Origin: Glaucostegus cemiculus | Lineage: Eukaryota | Assembly: GCA_976551045.1 (NCBI GenBank) | Contig: CDPCPM010000037.1 | Location: 20,708,001 to 20,772,000, forward strand | Direction of reading: 5' to 3' | DNA length: 64,000 nt | In this document: in pieces, positions 1-13,559 of the stretch | Layout of the letters: each line of letters begins with the position of its first letter | How positions within the stretch are numbered: position 1 is the stretch's first letter | The notes under the pieces: model-generated | Told to the model about the DNA's origin: nothing | What the model saw: only the letters and a program-made list of their open reading frames with translations | The model's database searches: none | Made by a program: the position numbers and the translations under genes

Positions 1-1783
1 ACTGGCCTCCAAACATTGTTCTTACTTGCCCGCTGCGAGTTCCCAGCGGGAACTGTCAGTGAAGCCAGCCCAGTCCTTATCAGGAAGGCACTTTGTGCAG
101 TGAACGTCCAGCTCATGAACTGGAGAAGAAAGTGTCTGTCAGATGGCTTGGTTTAACCGGAATTGTCAAGTACTGAAAACACCCTGAATGTCTCAGACAT
201 TAACATTTACAAATTACCAAAAATGTTTCAAAAAATAATTAAAGATTTATCACCCTTAAAGAGAACATTTAAAAACATTCAATCAATTTAAATAATCCTA
301 ATAATTAATAACTGCCATAGTCCCTTAGAGCCTTCCCTTTCTTTTGAAATGAATGAAGAAGCTATCCTTCAGATCCAACCTGCTGCAGGCTGTTCATTCT
401 GATTCCCCACTGTTGGTGGTAGGGAGTTACCAGAACATCATACCCCCATTGCTAGAACATGAGGAGCAGTGTCAGAGGGAATTTGGAAGTCACAGCAGAG
501 AGCCACTGCACGTAACTTCAGGAGGCTTGTGTTCATCTGCAAGCCACAATGTTCCCTGTTTTATATGTTGGCAAAAACCAACATATCCCTGCAAAATCTT
601 GGCAATTGATATGAAAGATCAACTAGTTTACACTTTACTGCATGACTTCGTATTTAATCCTCTATTACTATTGTCTCTGTATTTGTCCATCCAATCAATG
701 GTATTTTCTATGTAGTAAACCAGCATATGATTACTTTTAAACTGCAGTATTTCACACAAGTAAGTTATTTTTATCAAGCTTGAAATTTGTATATATCCCA
801 GGATAACTGTGGATGTTCTTTTATTTCAAGAACACTGTAATGAGGATTCTTCTGGATCAGATGTGAGGCCCCACCATTGGCAATCATACTGTTCTAATGA
901 GCTCAGATCTACTTCTGTTTATATTTAATTTGCTGTTAACTTATGTGCAATTTGAATTTTACCAAGGTGTGTTCTAGTGTTGTTGCTTCAGTGATGGATG
1001 ATTTCTAAATCAAGCACAGATAGCCATCCTCCGTTATGTGCAACACAGTTACATATGAATGTTAAATTCAGTTTCTAAAATATATTCAAAGTCAATTGAA
1101 TCAAATTGTAGAAAGGGAGTTTGGCACATATGTTACTACCACTTTTGTTTAGCTCCTGGTTCAGAGGACAGATTTCTATCCCAAGCCCTCTCAATTTCAG
1201 CAATTCAGGATATGTGAGGATTATTATTAAGAACATGGATTTAAACTGTACTTGTAGCTTGAAAGGCTCATTAAGGCAACCACCTTGGAGTCTCCAGTAC
1301 CACATTAGAAACAGCTGTTTGAGACACAAACTGTAATAGTGGATTGTCCTTCAATGCAGCATATAATTCACTGCATTGTACCCAGAGTTAATATTCACAC
1401 TGAACGCTTAAAAATAATCTGTAGATCACACAAGAAACCTCATTAATTTTATAAGTACCTAATCTGTATTAAAGAGCTTTGCAGTCTGGTTGACCAATGT
1501 CTCTTGCAGAAAAATGGAAGAATTTGTGCAATATGAGGGACAGAATTAGAGAAGTGGTTGTGACAATCCCCACTCTATTTAATTAATAGAACAGATGTAA
1601 AGTAATCATTCTGTTAAGTAATCAGGCCAATACTGCTTAACTCTGGAATACCAGGGAGAGCTGAGGAGTACTTGGGTTATTGAACTTGTGGCAAGCATCT
1701 TCATAATCTTAAAGGCCACTTTTGAATTATCAACATTTAAACCATATTTAGTTGGCTCCAATCTGGTTACTGAACTATTCAAA

Positions 1784-2063
1784 GTGTAGCAGTTAGCGTA
1801 ATGCTATTACAGCACCAGCGACCCAGGTTCAACTTTGGTTGCTGTCAGTAAGGAGTTTGTACTTTCTCCCTGTGTCTCCATGGGTTTCCTCCAGGTGCTC
1901 CAGTTTCCTCCCACATTCCGAAGATGTACAGCTTAGGAAGTTGTGGGCATGCTATGTTGGCACTGGAAGTGTGGCAACACTTGCGGGCTGCCCCCAGCAT
2001 ATTCTACGCAAAAGATGCACTACATTGTGTATTTCAGTGTACATGTGATTACTAAAGATATCT
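1784..2063 (+). mobile_element. tRNA-derived SINE (V-SINE-like)
   Basis: tRNA-like head (tagcagttagcg...ggttcaa), central gggtttcctcc.ggtgctcc.gtttcctcccaca core; same subfamily as 56610-56892. Confidence 0.85.
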
Positions 2064-3329
2064 CCTCTTATCTTATTCTGTGCATTGTGGAAAACGTGTA
2101 TGGTTACATAATTAATAGTTAACTTAAAAACATTATGCTACTAAACTCTCTGTTTTCTTTGGCCTATCACTAGAAGTTGCAGAATTAGATCAATAATACC
2201 CCATTTCAAAGTGTGCTACTACAGATCTTATTTTGTATTATCATATGCAATTTTTGAATAGTATTTAAAATATATGTGGCTGTGTCTTGAGGACACTTGT
2301 AATAAGTTAGGCACAATGCATCACCACTGTTGAATTTTGTATGGATTTTGCAATTGGCTGGATTGTGTAGAATTATATGTAAAGTTTAACTATAAGCTGC
2401 CATAGGATGGTTGACCAGCACAAGATACACTTCAAGGTTCATATCATATTGTATGAAAGACATGGATGAATCTGACCACCATCAAATAGTGTAAATAACT
2501 TGAGTGTAGATGGCTCTCAAAATAAAAGGAAATCATGCAATCCTTTTTGTAGTTAGAAGTATAACCAAACAGTCCTAAAGGTGCAAAGAGTAGTATCTTT
2601 TTGTAGTGGCACAGTTTCAGTATAGCGACTATGCAGTCTGATCCTGTATTAAGCTTTTGTTGTTCACTGGCCAAAACAGGAGCTGCTGGCTTAAGTACCA
2701 TGTTGTTGCTTGACTTGGATTACCACACAATGAGTTGTTCCACACTGGATTTCATTTGACCTTTGAGCAATGAAAAGGAGATTGATAACAGCATGGTACA
2801 TATACAGTATGTTATTACTCTCCTAAGACAAAAAAAGTCTTTTTTAACTGTAAATTCTACTGTGTCATAGCAGCAGTTAAACATCACTCATAATTCAGAT
2901 GGATTTAAAAATGTTAATGGTGCTATTTAGGAAGGTTTGGGAAGATTTCTGGTGCATTGGACAAAATTTGACTGTAGCCACTAAAAATGTTAAGTTTGTT
3001 TTCTCCATTTCAGTGAACTACAGAATATTCCTACTGCAGACTGGCTGCCACATTTACTTATATGATAACAGTTGCTGCATTTCGAATGAATTAATTTTGT
3101 GAGGCATTGAGATAGTTTTATCAGAAAAGGTGGTGTTTTCAGAATAAAGAATAGAATGAAGGAATTTTGCTTCATTTTGCATTATTAGCTATATTAATTT
3201 TTGACTAATCAAAAGCATTACAGCTGGAGAATCAGTGATTCAGAATGACACATGCTCAGAAAGCTATATTTCTGTAAGGTAAATTAATGTCAGGATTATC
3301 TCAAATTTAGAATATTTGAAGTAGCCAGG

Positions 3330-4250
3330 AAATGGAAGTCATACATCATAACAGCATAGAAAGAGGCCATTTGGCCCAACTAGTCCAGGTCTGGCTCTCT
3401 GTAGACCAATCCAGTCCGTCTCATTTGTCAGCTCTATATCTGCTTATTTCCTTCAAACGAATGTTCAATATCCTTTTGAAAACCTTGATCATATTTGCTT
3501 CTGCCATCCTCATTGGCAGTGAGTTCAAGGTCATAGCCACATGTTGTGTTTAAAAGTTCTTTCTTACATTCCCCTGTACTTTTCCCCAAATCTTTGTACT
3601 GTCAGCTAATGATTACAATTTTCTTTGTCTACTTTATATAAACCTGCCATGATCTTGTACACCCCTATCAAATCTCCCCTCAGCCTCCTTTGCTCTAAGG
3701 AGAACAACCCAGCTTCTCTAACTTACATGTAGCTAAAATCCCTCATTTCTGGAATAATTCTGGTAAAACTCCTCTGTGACCCCTTTCAGATCTTTGTATC
3801 CTTCCTAAAATACGGTGATTAGAACTGGATATAGTGCTTAGGTTGTACCAGAACCAGATCTTTATTAAGGATCATCATGAATTCCCCACTTTTGTACTTA
3901 GTACCTCTACTCAGGAAGCTGAATATCCCATATGCTTTGCCAACGACTCTCTCAATATGTCCTGGCAGCTTTAAAGATCTAGGCATATGAAACCCCAGGC
4001 CCATCTGTTCCTGCACACTCTGTACAATGGTGTCATTAAGTCCATATTTCCTCTCCCCATACCTTCACAACTCTCTGCATTAATTGCATCTGCCACTAGT
4101 CTGCCCATTCTGCAGGCCCATCCTATTACAGTTGTTTGACACACTCATAGTTTAACAAGTTTGGTGTCATCGGCAAATTGTGAATTTTTTCTCTGTATTC
4201 CAGTGTCATACGTGTATTTCAAAAAAAGCTGTCCAGGCACTGATTTCAAG
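3330..4250 (-). mobile_element. CR1-type LINE 3' fragment (degenerate ORF2 end)
   Basis: Minus-strand peptide HIERVVGKAYGIFSFLSRGTKYKS...HYIQF and FADDTK-like DNA (tttggtgtcatcggcaaa on +). Confidence 0.8.
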
Positions 4251-4309
4251 AGAGAATGACTGACTACCATTATCTAGTCTGAAAAGCAACTACTTACCAT
4301 GGTATCATC

Positions 4310-4640
4310 ACTAAGGTCAGCATTTATTGCCCTCTTCTAATTACCCTTGAACTGTGCAGCCAGCCCATTGCAGAGGACAGCCAAGAATCAACCACAATGC
4401 TGTGGGTCTGGAATTTCATAAGTGCTAATCTGGGCAGGGATGGCAGATTTTCTTCCTTAAACCAGTGGAGTTTTTACAACAATCTGGTCATTATTACTGT
4501 TACTGGTTTTCTTAATTCTAGGTAATTAACTAATTTAATTTAAATTCCCCAGTTGCTGTGGTGGGAATTGAACTCGTATCTCTGGATCATTCAACCAGGC
4601 TTCTGCACTTTTAGTCTTTATTCTGTTTTACCTCACAGCA
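4310..4640 (-). mobile_element. SINE with CR1-like tail (degenerate); related copy at 43770-44090
   Basis: Shared aagagtcaac.cattgctg / gatggcagatttt.cttcc blocks and a gcatttattgccc tail. Confidence 0.6.
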
Positions 4641-5429
4641 CATACTGCTTTTAGTCATTAAGAATCGGAAATTAGAAAAGTAGGCTTGATTTTAGAATCA
4701 GTTTTATTGTCACAACCATATACATACATAGTATGCATAGGAGCGAGATACTGTCCTCCTCAGGTGCTCGTCCCATTAAATAACAAACAACAGAGACACA
4801 CAGACACACTGAACAAAAAAAAACATTAAAAACTACAGAAGTTTAAATTAAATTAAATACGCAGGTTTAAATACGCAGGTTTTAATTAAATACGGCCGGT
4901 AATTAAATAAGTAGTTATTAAAGTGAGGGTGGTAGAAGTAAAGTATTAACTACATTCTTCATTACCTCAGGAATTAAAATGTATGTGTTGTTAGAATTGT
5001 TTGCACTCTGCAGTTTGAAGGCAAGATACTAATGCTGCTATAAACAGGTGACAAATGCCAGTGGTGGAAAATGGGGTTTAAGTAGCATCATAGAGACATA
5101 AAGCATAGATACAGGCCCTTTGGCCCTCCACATCTACACCAACTATTGCACACATCTGTACCAATCCCACTTAACCTGCATTAGGTCCAGAGCCTTCTAT
5201 GCCCCGACAGTTCAAATGCTCGTCCAGATGTTTCTCGATATATATATTAAAAAAAAATTCCACTTTAGAACTGGAAAGGTAACATGGAAATGATTGCCAG
5301 TTGAATCACTTTCAAACAATCCTCTGTATTCTTGTGTTTAACTCATCTGCCTTAAACAGGTTAATTTTGCTATTGGACTAATTGAAACAAACCTGTTAAC
5401 TGGTAATCTTTATTATTATTGCTATTCAA

Positions 5430-5725
5430 GGATATGTTTAAAGCCTCCCTGATGATGCAGTGTCCGCGCTCACTTTTGGGGGTCCCTCCACTGTGACTGG
5501 GCAAAGTGGAGCAGTAGCATTTGGGATGGGATGGTGAACCTTGACTGTATGCAGTAGCCCAGTTTAAATAGATGGAAAATCACACCATCTCACAAATTAG
5601 CCAGCCACCTGCCCTGTGAGGCATCTCTTGCCTGCCCACATTGTCCTCATAAGTCACTTCGGAAACCACACAACTGGAGTGGAGGCCGGTTATCCTCAGT
5701 CCTGAGGGACTACCAAAGAAGATAA
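5430..5725 (+). mobile_element. RTE-type LINE 3' end; similar tails on the minus strand at ~28705-28740 and ~32888-33190
   Basis: ggagtggaggc...tcctcagtcctgagggactacc.aagaaga terminal motif. Confidence 0.6.
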
Positions 5726-6540
5726 TTATCATTAAGGGTAATTTCCATCCCATTTGTGAAGATGATTTCTCAGCTTGTATTTGGTCATACTCTTCTATTG
5801 ACAGATGCTCCTCAGTTTTTAAAACAGAAGTGATCAGTTAAAAATTTAAAAGCCATTAATCATACTTGACAACACAGTACAACTGACTACTGCAGCCTCT
5901 GGCCCATGGGGCTTGAAACGGTGTTGCTTTATAAAGAATAAACCATTTATTTGTTGTAGAAACCAGTTAGTTACAGCGGTTGTATCACCAGTTAGATCCT
6001 TACTCATCTGCTGCTTTTATTCACATATTCTCATCTTCACTTTGAATAATAGATTTACTAATATGTTGCTGTGTTTCAATATTCTAAAGTCTAACAATTT
6101 CATTTGGCAATATTAACAGATGAACTCTTAGCATGAAAATAAAAAAAAAACTACAGCTGCTAGAAATCAGAAATAAAACATAAAATGCCCGAAACACGCA
6201 GCAGGTCAGGCAGCATCTGTGGAAAAAGAAACAATTGACATTTCGGGTCCTGGTCCCATCGTCAGAACTCCTGATGCACTGATAAGGAATAGTAATTAAT
6301 GTGTTAATTTGGTAGTAATGTGGTGACTTTGAGGGTTATTTTTGTCAAAGTGATCACTAGTTAAGAGGTAGTGAACATTACTGGTTCATCTAGTTGGTCT
6401 CACAGAGTAATACCCTCAATGATACCCCCTCTCAAATATCCATCCAATTCTCCCAGAACTTTTCCACCTTGTAAGTCTCCACTGCCTCTTGAGTAACCTG
6501 TTCTGCAGATTCATTATCTCCTGCAGTCACGAAGCTAATA

Positions 6541-6843
6541 CGGGTCCTCCCCAGGTTGCTACAGGGTTTTGTTCCTGAGAACTGTTCATAACTCATGTTG
6601 GAAATGCAGTTGCCTGGCAATATATTTAAATAAAAGAAACCAAGAGTAGTTAAACCAGGGCATTCAACTCAACCATTCAGATTTCTCTGCAAGATGCAAT
6701 GATATTGCTGCTGAGCTCCCACATGGCAGAAGCTGCCTGCAGCTCTGCAGCAGACAACAAATCCATTCTGCCAGTCTCCCAAATGCTTGTTCGTATGTAC
6801 GGACTGTCCATAAGTCGGGCGTGTGTAACATGGTGAAGACCTA
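6541..6843. mobile_element. Tc1/mariner (Tigger/pogo-like) MITE
   Basis: Imperfect TIRs cgggtcctccccaggttgc / gtaacatggtgaagaccta, flanked by TA on both sides. Confidence 0.65.
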
Positions 6844-6911
6844 TACTGCTAAAACACCTGCCTCCTTATCGACTCCCAGACCTCCGAGTCCAACACTTGC
6901 AGGAATCTCCC

Positions 6912-7240
6912 ATGGTGGCGGCACAATGTTGCAGCGAGTAGAGTTCCTGCTCACCGCTCCCGCCACCCAGGGGAAATTGTGACCCCCAGTATTTTATGTG
7001 TGGTGTTTGTACCTTCTCCCTGTGACCTCCGGCTTTCCTCCCACATTGCAAAGACACCTGGGTTGGTAGATTAATTTACCATTGTAAAATGCTCTGAGTG
7101 TGTGGGTCAGTGGTAGAATTGGGGGGCGTTAATATGAATGTGGGGAGAATAAAATGAGATTAGTGCAGGGTTAATGTAAATGGGTATTTGATAGCTGGCA
7201 GATGCGGTGGGCACAGGGCCTGTTTCTATGACACTGTATT
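6912..7240 (+). mobile_element. tRNA-derived SINE (older V-SINE-like copy)
   Basis: ggcggcaca head, ctccggctttcctcccacat core, agggcctgtttctatg tail. Confidence 0.75.
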
Positions 7241-8859
7241 CTGGGTTTACTGTACATATCCTCATGAACCATTGTTTATAAACTGCAGTGATTGGAAATA
7301 CTGTTTATTAGTTCCTTTTTACAATTCACTTTTTAAATTACTGATAATGGAAGATCTCGGAAACAAATCAGGATTTCAAATGAAAACTGCTGCATAAATT
7401 TAAGTGCGATATCGTGATCCATGAACTGATCACCTATAAAACGCAACTCGGGATGACGGCTATGGTTTTTTGTTCTGCTTGCGATCATACTAATAATGTT
7501 AACTTTGCAAATAATGCTGACTTTTTTTTAAAGTCCCCAGAATACAAACTGTTTCCGAATGATTGTTAAAACAGAACTAACCTTTAGATCTTTAGAGTTT
7601 TAGCACCAGTACTCTTTGATTAAAGGCAACGGATAAAATAACTCTTAATTCATAAATCCAGATTTTTTTAAAAAAGGATAGGCGTAAGACCGTAGATAAC
7701 CAACAGTAATTCACGGTCACAGGACTGAAGACGTTTTCTACATCTGTGCACTTTGCATGTATTGCATGCTGAATCGTTTATTCCCTCGGTCACCAATAAC
7801 CTTCTATCGCTGTTCTAGCAGAGAGCTGAGGCTCATTAATGGGAGCAAATGACACAGAGACGGAGACCTCTCTGGGGAAGTCGTACGTGACCAGCAGATA
7901 AGTAAGCTTTGCTGGTTCCTTTCGCAGTTTGCTGAATGTTGTGAATTTAATTTTGTCAAAAAAAAAGCAAACGAATTCTGTTCTCGTTTTCCTTTTGCCT
8001 CAAGCAATTTTGTTGCCATTGGAGAAATTTGCATCAGCAAAATTTCGATATGAAACTTTTAATGTCCCAGTACTATGTTCCTGAGTGTGAGTTTCCTTCG
8101 TTAAGCTATTCACAGGGATGGTGGACGATCACATTGATCACAAACAACGGCTGCATTGTGACCAACATAGGTGGTTCCGGATGTAGATTTGCATCCAGTT
8201 TAGTGACAGAAGGACTTGAGGTCTGTACGTTTGCAGCATTCGCTGGAGTCAGCCCCCATATTGGGAAGGGCACTGGTGCACGTGACCCTAACCCCCAAGC
8301 AACATAGTCAGGATAAACATTATGACATGCAACGTTGCATTTATAACAGCAGTATTAGAATGGAGCAGGTAACAGTTGAGGACCAATGTATTGTGCATAG
8401 GGAATCAAGTGTTCATCAGAAGGAACCCATGTGACACTTTACTCTGTACTGTTACTGTTTTTACCTGTACTACATCAATGCACTCTGTACTAACCCGATG
8501 TAACTGCATTGTGTAATGAATTGACCTGTACGATCGGTTTGTAAGACAAGCTTTTCACTGTACCTCAGTATAAGTGACAATAATAAATACCAATACTATG
8601 TGCTTTTTCAGGAGCCCATCATCGTGTACTTGCTGGTTGGTTGTTAGTGGATTTCGTGTTGAGTGTTGTTTTGGGTTAAGGAGTGAAGCGTTTTAGATTT
8701 TAGAATTGTTGGAATCATTAAGGAATGGTGTGTCTGGAGCCGACAGCTTGTCTCGGCTTCAAAGTATTTGTAATAGCCATTGCTCCTAGGTGCAAGTATA
8801 GTCATTCCTCAAAGTGAGCAGGGAGAGCACATAGCATGACGGCCTGCTAGAGAAGGAAG

Positions 8860-9500
8860 CAGGGTGAGCAGGCTGCCATCTCCACTAAGGATGTTCAGGG
8901 AACAATTCTTCAGTTTGACAGTGAGGATAGTATGTGGAGAGTCTGTAATTCCGTAAGGCCAGTTTTACGGAGAGACACTATGTGCTTGAACCACAACTCC
9001 AGCTGGAGTACCTCTTTCCAAGTGGCTGGTAAGGCCACTGCCAATCAAATGCGTTGATCTTATTCTAGGCTGGAGTTGGACATGAAAAGGAATCTTTGAA
9101 TCTTGTGGACTTTGAGTGATGCAGACACTTTATTTATATGCATTGTAATTCAGGTATAACATGAATTTGTAGATGCCCAGCTAGTGTATGTGGTGTGTCA
9201 TGCAGTTCATTGTTACAATGTCTTCATTATTGCTATGGTTTGTTCTTCAATCGATATTTGATCCTTCACAGAAGTGTGGCTGCTGGGTGACGATGACTAT
9301 CTGTTGATAACGTGGTTCTTGACTCCAGTCTGTAACCCTTGCACACAGAGGCAATGGGTATACATGTCATGGAGTCTGATGGAACAGTCCTTTGGCACGC
9401 TGAAACAATGATTCCACTGCCTGGATTACTCTGGGGTAACCCTCCAATGCTCAGCAGAGATGAGGCTTAAGACTGGTGTTCTGCTTAATGTTTTGCCCAG
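8860..9500 (+). pseudogene. Degenerate PIF/Harbinger transposase
   Basis: Hand translation WLLGDDDYLLITWFLTPVCNP (~9277) and MEQSFGTLKQ*FHCLDYSGVTLQCSAE (~9379), resembling HARBI1-type WLLGD.GY..WL.TP and IE.TF..LK.RFRCLD. Confidence 0.75.
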
Positions 9501-9989
9501 TCTGGAGGGATTAGGTACAGTAAGATTTAAATCTGATTCATCTGTGAAGTAGTAGAGCAAGGTATATAATACTCAGAGCCCCTTTCTGGTTAGGCTGTCC
9601 ACTGTTGACTTTTCACTTTCACTTTTAGTTCTTCATCAGTTTCACTTTTAATAAATAACTCCAGTTCCTAATTCATTAACTCTTCTATTGTGTGTGCTGT
9701 CTTCTGCTAACCTCAGAGTGACTGCTTCCCTACAACCTCAAAACAAATGCCATTAGGTGAAAATTTCAGATTAAGTTTGTACATCAAACCATGCTAAATA
9801 TTATAATTGTGTTAATGACTCTCATGCAATGCTTTTAGCGGTTTGCCTTTCATATCAAATACCTGGAAGTGTGAGAAGAGGATGTAAAGCCTGGAGTGTT
9901 GGGTATAGTAGAAAACTAATTAGCTTTGAGTCTTCCTTGACGAGAGTTGTTGGCATGTTAATGATAAGGATTTGGCGCATTGAGTGGGG

Positions 9990-10190
9990 TCTGTAGAAAG
10001 TTGGATGCATTTACTGATCTTGACCACTTCTATGAGGTCATTGAACTTGCGGTTCAGCAGCCATGCTCAAGACTTGAACCAAGTTCCTCAGCTTCTCTTC
10101 CTCCTGTGTATTCAGTCTGTTTCAGAAGGGCCTCCTGGCCTTCATCCTTTCTACATGCCTACTGAGCCTCTGGCACAGTGTACAAAAATG
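9990..10190 (-). pseudogene. Degenerate Myb/SANT-like accessory ORF of a Harbinger element
   Basis: Minus strand RKFNDLIEVVK resembling the RKKFNDL motif; convergent with the transposase remnant. Confidence 0.55.
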
Positions 10191-10197
10191 GCAGCAC

Positions 10198-10443
10198 ATT
10201 TTTTTTGAACAAAATAAACTTTATTCATAAAAAAAATCTATGTACAATGAAAAAAAAGTTCAAACTATTACATTTGTGTACAGTTCCATTCTTAGTGTTA
10301 CCTTTTTATATGTACAGAACACAGAACCGATGCCACCTGCGTGGCTCCCTGGGTTGGTACCCCAATCACATATTTACAACATTTGAGGGGCTTCCTCGCC
10401 TGACCCCACCCCTCCCTCTCCTGTAGCAGTAGAACCCTAGACG
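10198..10443 (-). mobile_element. Non-LTR retrotransposon 3' tail (L1/Tx1-like) with target-site duplication
   Basis: AATAAA and A-rich tail on the minus strand; ggcagcac repeated at 10190-10197 and 10444-10451. Confidence 0.6.
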
Positions 10444-11254
10444 GGCAGCACTTGCTCTCACCTATGTTCTGCCACATCTTCTACCCAATTGCCATCACCT
10501 TCACACACTTTGAGTTTTTGCATTCAATGCACCTTCTAGAGAACAAGGCTAGCTTTAAGCTGTGTAAGCTAATATGCACAGGCACAGGTCACTCGTTAAG
10601 TTTGGGCTCCTTGTTAAATGGTGAGGCAAATAGCATCTACTTACCATTAATTGTAATGTTGAAATCATGATAACTAATGGGATGAATTTGCATTGCATGC
10701 AAGTGGATGGGGGCTAATCATGCATAGCAATCCCTTAGCCCACTTACTGGCACGACCCAGATTTAGCCCCATAAATGGTCATGCATAAAATTTGTCATTG
10801 TAATTTTTACTTGTATATCAATAATGATGCATCGACATAATCCATAGTTAACTTGAATTGCAGTATGTTGAATAATAATGTTATAGTAAAACATAAAACA
10901 TATTTTGCTTTTAAGTGGAACCATACATAAGTAATGGAATTTGCACTTGTAGAGTTTGGCAGCTGGCAACTTGTTTGTAACACAGGTATTATCTATTAGT
11001 TTTAACTGATGGGAAATGAAGTGTGTTCACTCTCTCATGGAAGAGGGGTTGCAGATATATCATCCTAGGATTACTGTACTGAAGCACCTGTCTGGTTTCT
11101 GCAATGGGACCTAGAGCTGAACACATTAGAAAATAATTCTGTAATAATTTTAATTGCCAGTTCACAGTAATTTACTTTCATCCTTTTATCACCATAAAAG
11201 CTATTTTGGACATGTAAAACTTAGTGAGACCATTGGTAATGAGCTATTATTCTG

Positions 11255-12470
11255 CTCTAACTTCATCTATAAGTTTGCAGATACCACCGTGGTAGGCTGT
11301 ATCTCAAATGATGATGAGTTGGAGTACAGGATGGAGATAGCTTAGTGACATAGTGTCATGACAATAACCTGTCCGTCAATGTCAGCAAAAGAGCTGGTCA
11401 TTGACTTCAGGAAGGGGGCAGTGCACGTACTCTTGATTACATCAATGGTGCTGAGGTCGAGAAGGTTGAGAACTTCAAGTTCGTAGGTGTGAATATCACC
11501 AATAGCTTGTCCTGGTCTATCCACGTAGATGCTATGACCAAGAAAGCTCACGAGCGCCTCTACTTCCTTAGGAGGCTAAAGAAATTTGGCATGTCCCCTT
11601 TGATCCTCACCAATTTCATTCATTGCACCATAGTAAGCATTCTATCCAGACACATCGCAGCTTGGTATGGTAACTGCTCTGTCTGTGACTGTAAGAAAAT
11701 GCAAAGTTGTGAACATGGCTCAGCACATCATGGAAATTAGCCTCCTCTCCATGGACTCTATTCTTGCTGCCTCAGTAAAGCAGCTATAACCTAGCATAAC
11801 CTAAGACCCCACCCACCCCGGACATTCTCTCTTCTTCCCCCCTCCCATCAGGCAGAAGATACAAAATCCTGAAAGCATGTACCATCGGGCTCAAGGACAG
11901 CTTCTATCCCGCTATTATAAAGCTATTGAATGGTTCCCTAGTATGATAAGATGGACTCTTGACCTCACAATCTACCTCATTGTGACCTTGCACCTTTATC
12001 TACCTGCACTGCACCTTCTCTATAACTGTAACACTATTCTGTGTTCTGTTATTGTTTTACCTTGTACTACCTCAGTGCACTATGGTAGTGATCTGTATGG
12101 ACAGTATGCAAGACAAGTTTTTCACTGTTTCTCTCTTCTCTCCTCTTCCATCGGGTAGAAGATACAGGTGTCTGAGGCACATACCACCAGACTTAAGGAC
12201 AGCTTCTACCCCACTGTGATAAAACTATTGAATGGTTCCCTTATACAATGAGATGGGCTATAACCTCACGATCTACCTTGTTGTGACCTTGCATCTTATT
12301 GCACTGCACTTTCTCTGTAGCTGTTACACTTTATACTGTACTACACTGTACTAATGCACTTTGTACTAACTATGTAACTGCACGGTGTAATGAATTGACC
12401 TGTACGATCGGTTTATAAGACAAGCTTTTCACTGTACCTCAGTACAAGTGACAGTAATAAACCAATTTAC
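11255..12470 (+). mobile_element. Rex1/Babar-type LINE 3' portion with two consecutive 3' ends
   Basis: KFADTTVVGCISNDDELEYR, ELVIDFRK, KKAHERLYFLRRLKKF and WYGNC peptides; the 3'UTR tail recurs at 8433-8595 and 62415-62640. Confidence 0.85.
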
Positions 12471-13559
12471 CAACTTGCAGCAGAAGTTTTAAACCTGATC
12501 CAGTTCTCACTCTGCATCCCCAAAGCTTTTCAAGTTGCCAGGAACAGAAAGTGCTGCATCCATTTTCTCTTCTGAAGGCTAGAGTCACTAAGCCCCATTT
12601 TACATTTCCCAGATTATGTGCAGTATCTAAAAAGACAACAAAGACCATCCATAGAATTTAGCTGAGTTAATTTTCAGATTTCATCAGTGATTCTGTGGCA
12701 CGTCCAATTATTGTATTGTAACTGATGAAGGTTTGTGAGAAGTTGATCTGGCAGATTAGGAGGTACAGTTAGCCAACACCTAGGGTTTTCATTTTTAGGA
12801 TCAGGTTGGATCAGCTGAGATTGAGTGGATGGGTGTTCTTTTGGCTGAACTAAATGACTAGCATGCCCACTTATAATGTCTCAAAGAACCTACAGGGATG
12901 TCTGGTAAAAAGAGACCACTTTAAATACCAGAGATGGATTCAATTAAAACATATTGGAGTAAATTAAAGAACTTTATTTCCCATTCAACCTCTAAGCGTG
13001 ATTCTGACATGAGCTCTTTCAAGTGGTGATTGGGGGTGAGGTGGTCACATTCCATTATCCAATTGTGGAGTTTTACATAAAGTTGATGGAGAGCACATTC
13101 TCTTCCTGAAATGGGTGCTGAGCCTGTGGTTTTCACTCTGTAGACTAGAAACTTAATACCTCCTGAGGCTTTCTTTCAAAGAATACTCTGAGAACTGCAG
13201 CCCAGCGAGTCCAAGCAACATCCTCCTTCGTTCTCTCCAATTTCACAATTTAGAACCATTCACCACAGCTCCTAGCTCAAACCCCAGAAAGCCACTCACT
13301 CCAACTCATGATCCCCAATGGCCCTTGGAATAGTGATCCCATTACTTCAAGGCTACTGTGGAAAGCATCATCCCCTCCTCTTGCACCCTTCAACCATGCA
13401 CTCCACCGGCTCCCTTTATAGTGCAGTCCAAGCCCCAGAACCTGAGGGTCTGCAGCTTTCAGTTGAATTGTGAATTAAGATACCAGATGTCTTGTTTGGA
13501 TGTAGAACAGTAACTGCAATTACCTGCCCTCAACTTTAATCTCGGTAGTAATGACACAA

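Noticed and set aside
353-2760. Short ORFs and splice-like sites (353-715, ~1510, 2444-2760) as exons of a neighbouring gene
   Set aside because: No recognisable protein similarity and no consistent exon chain could be built
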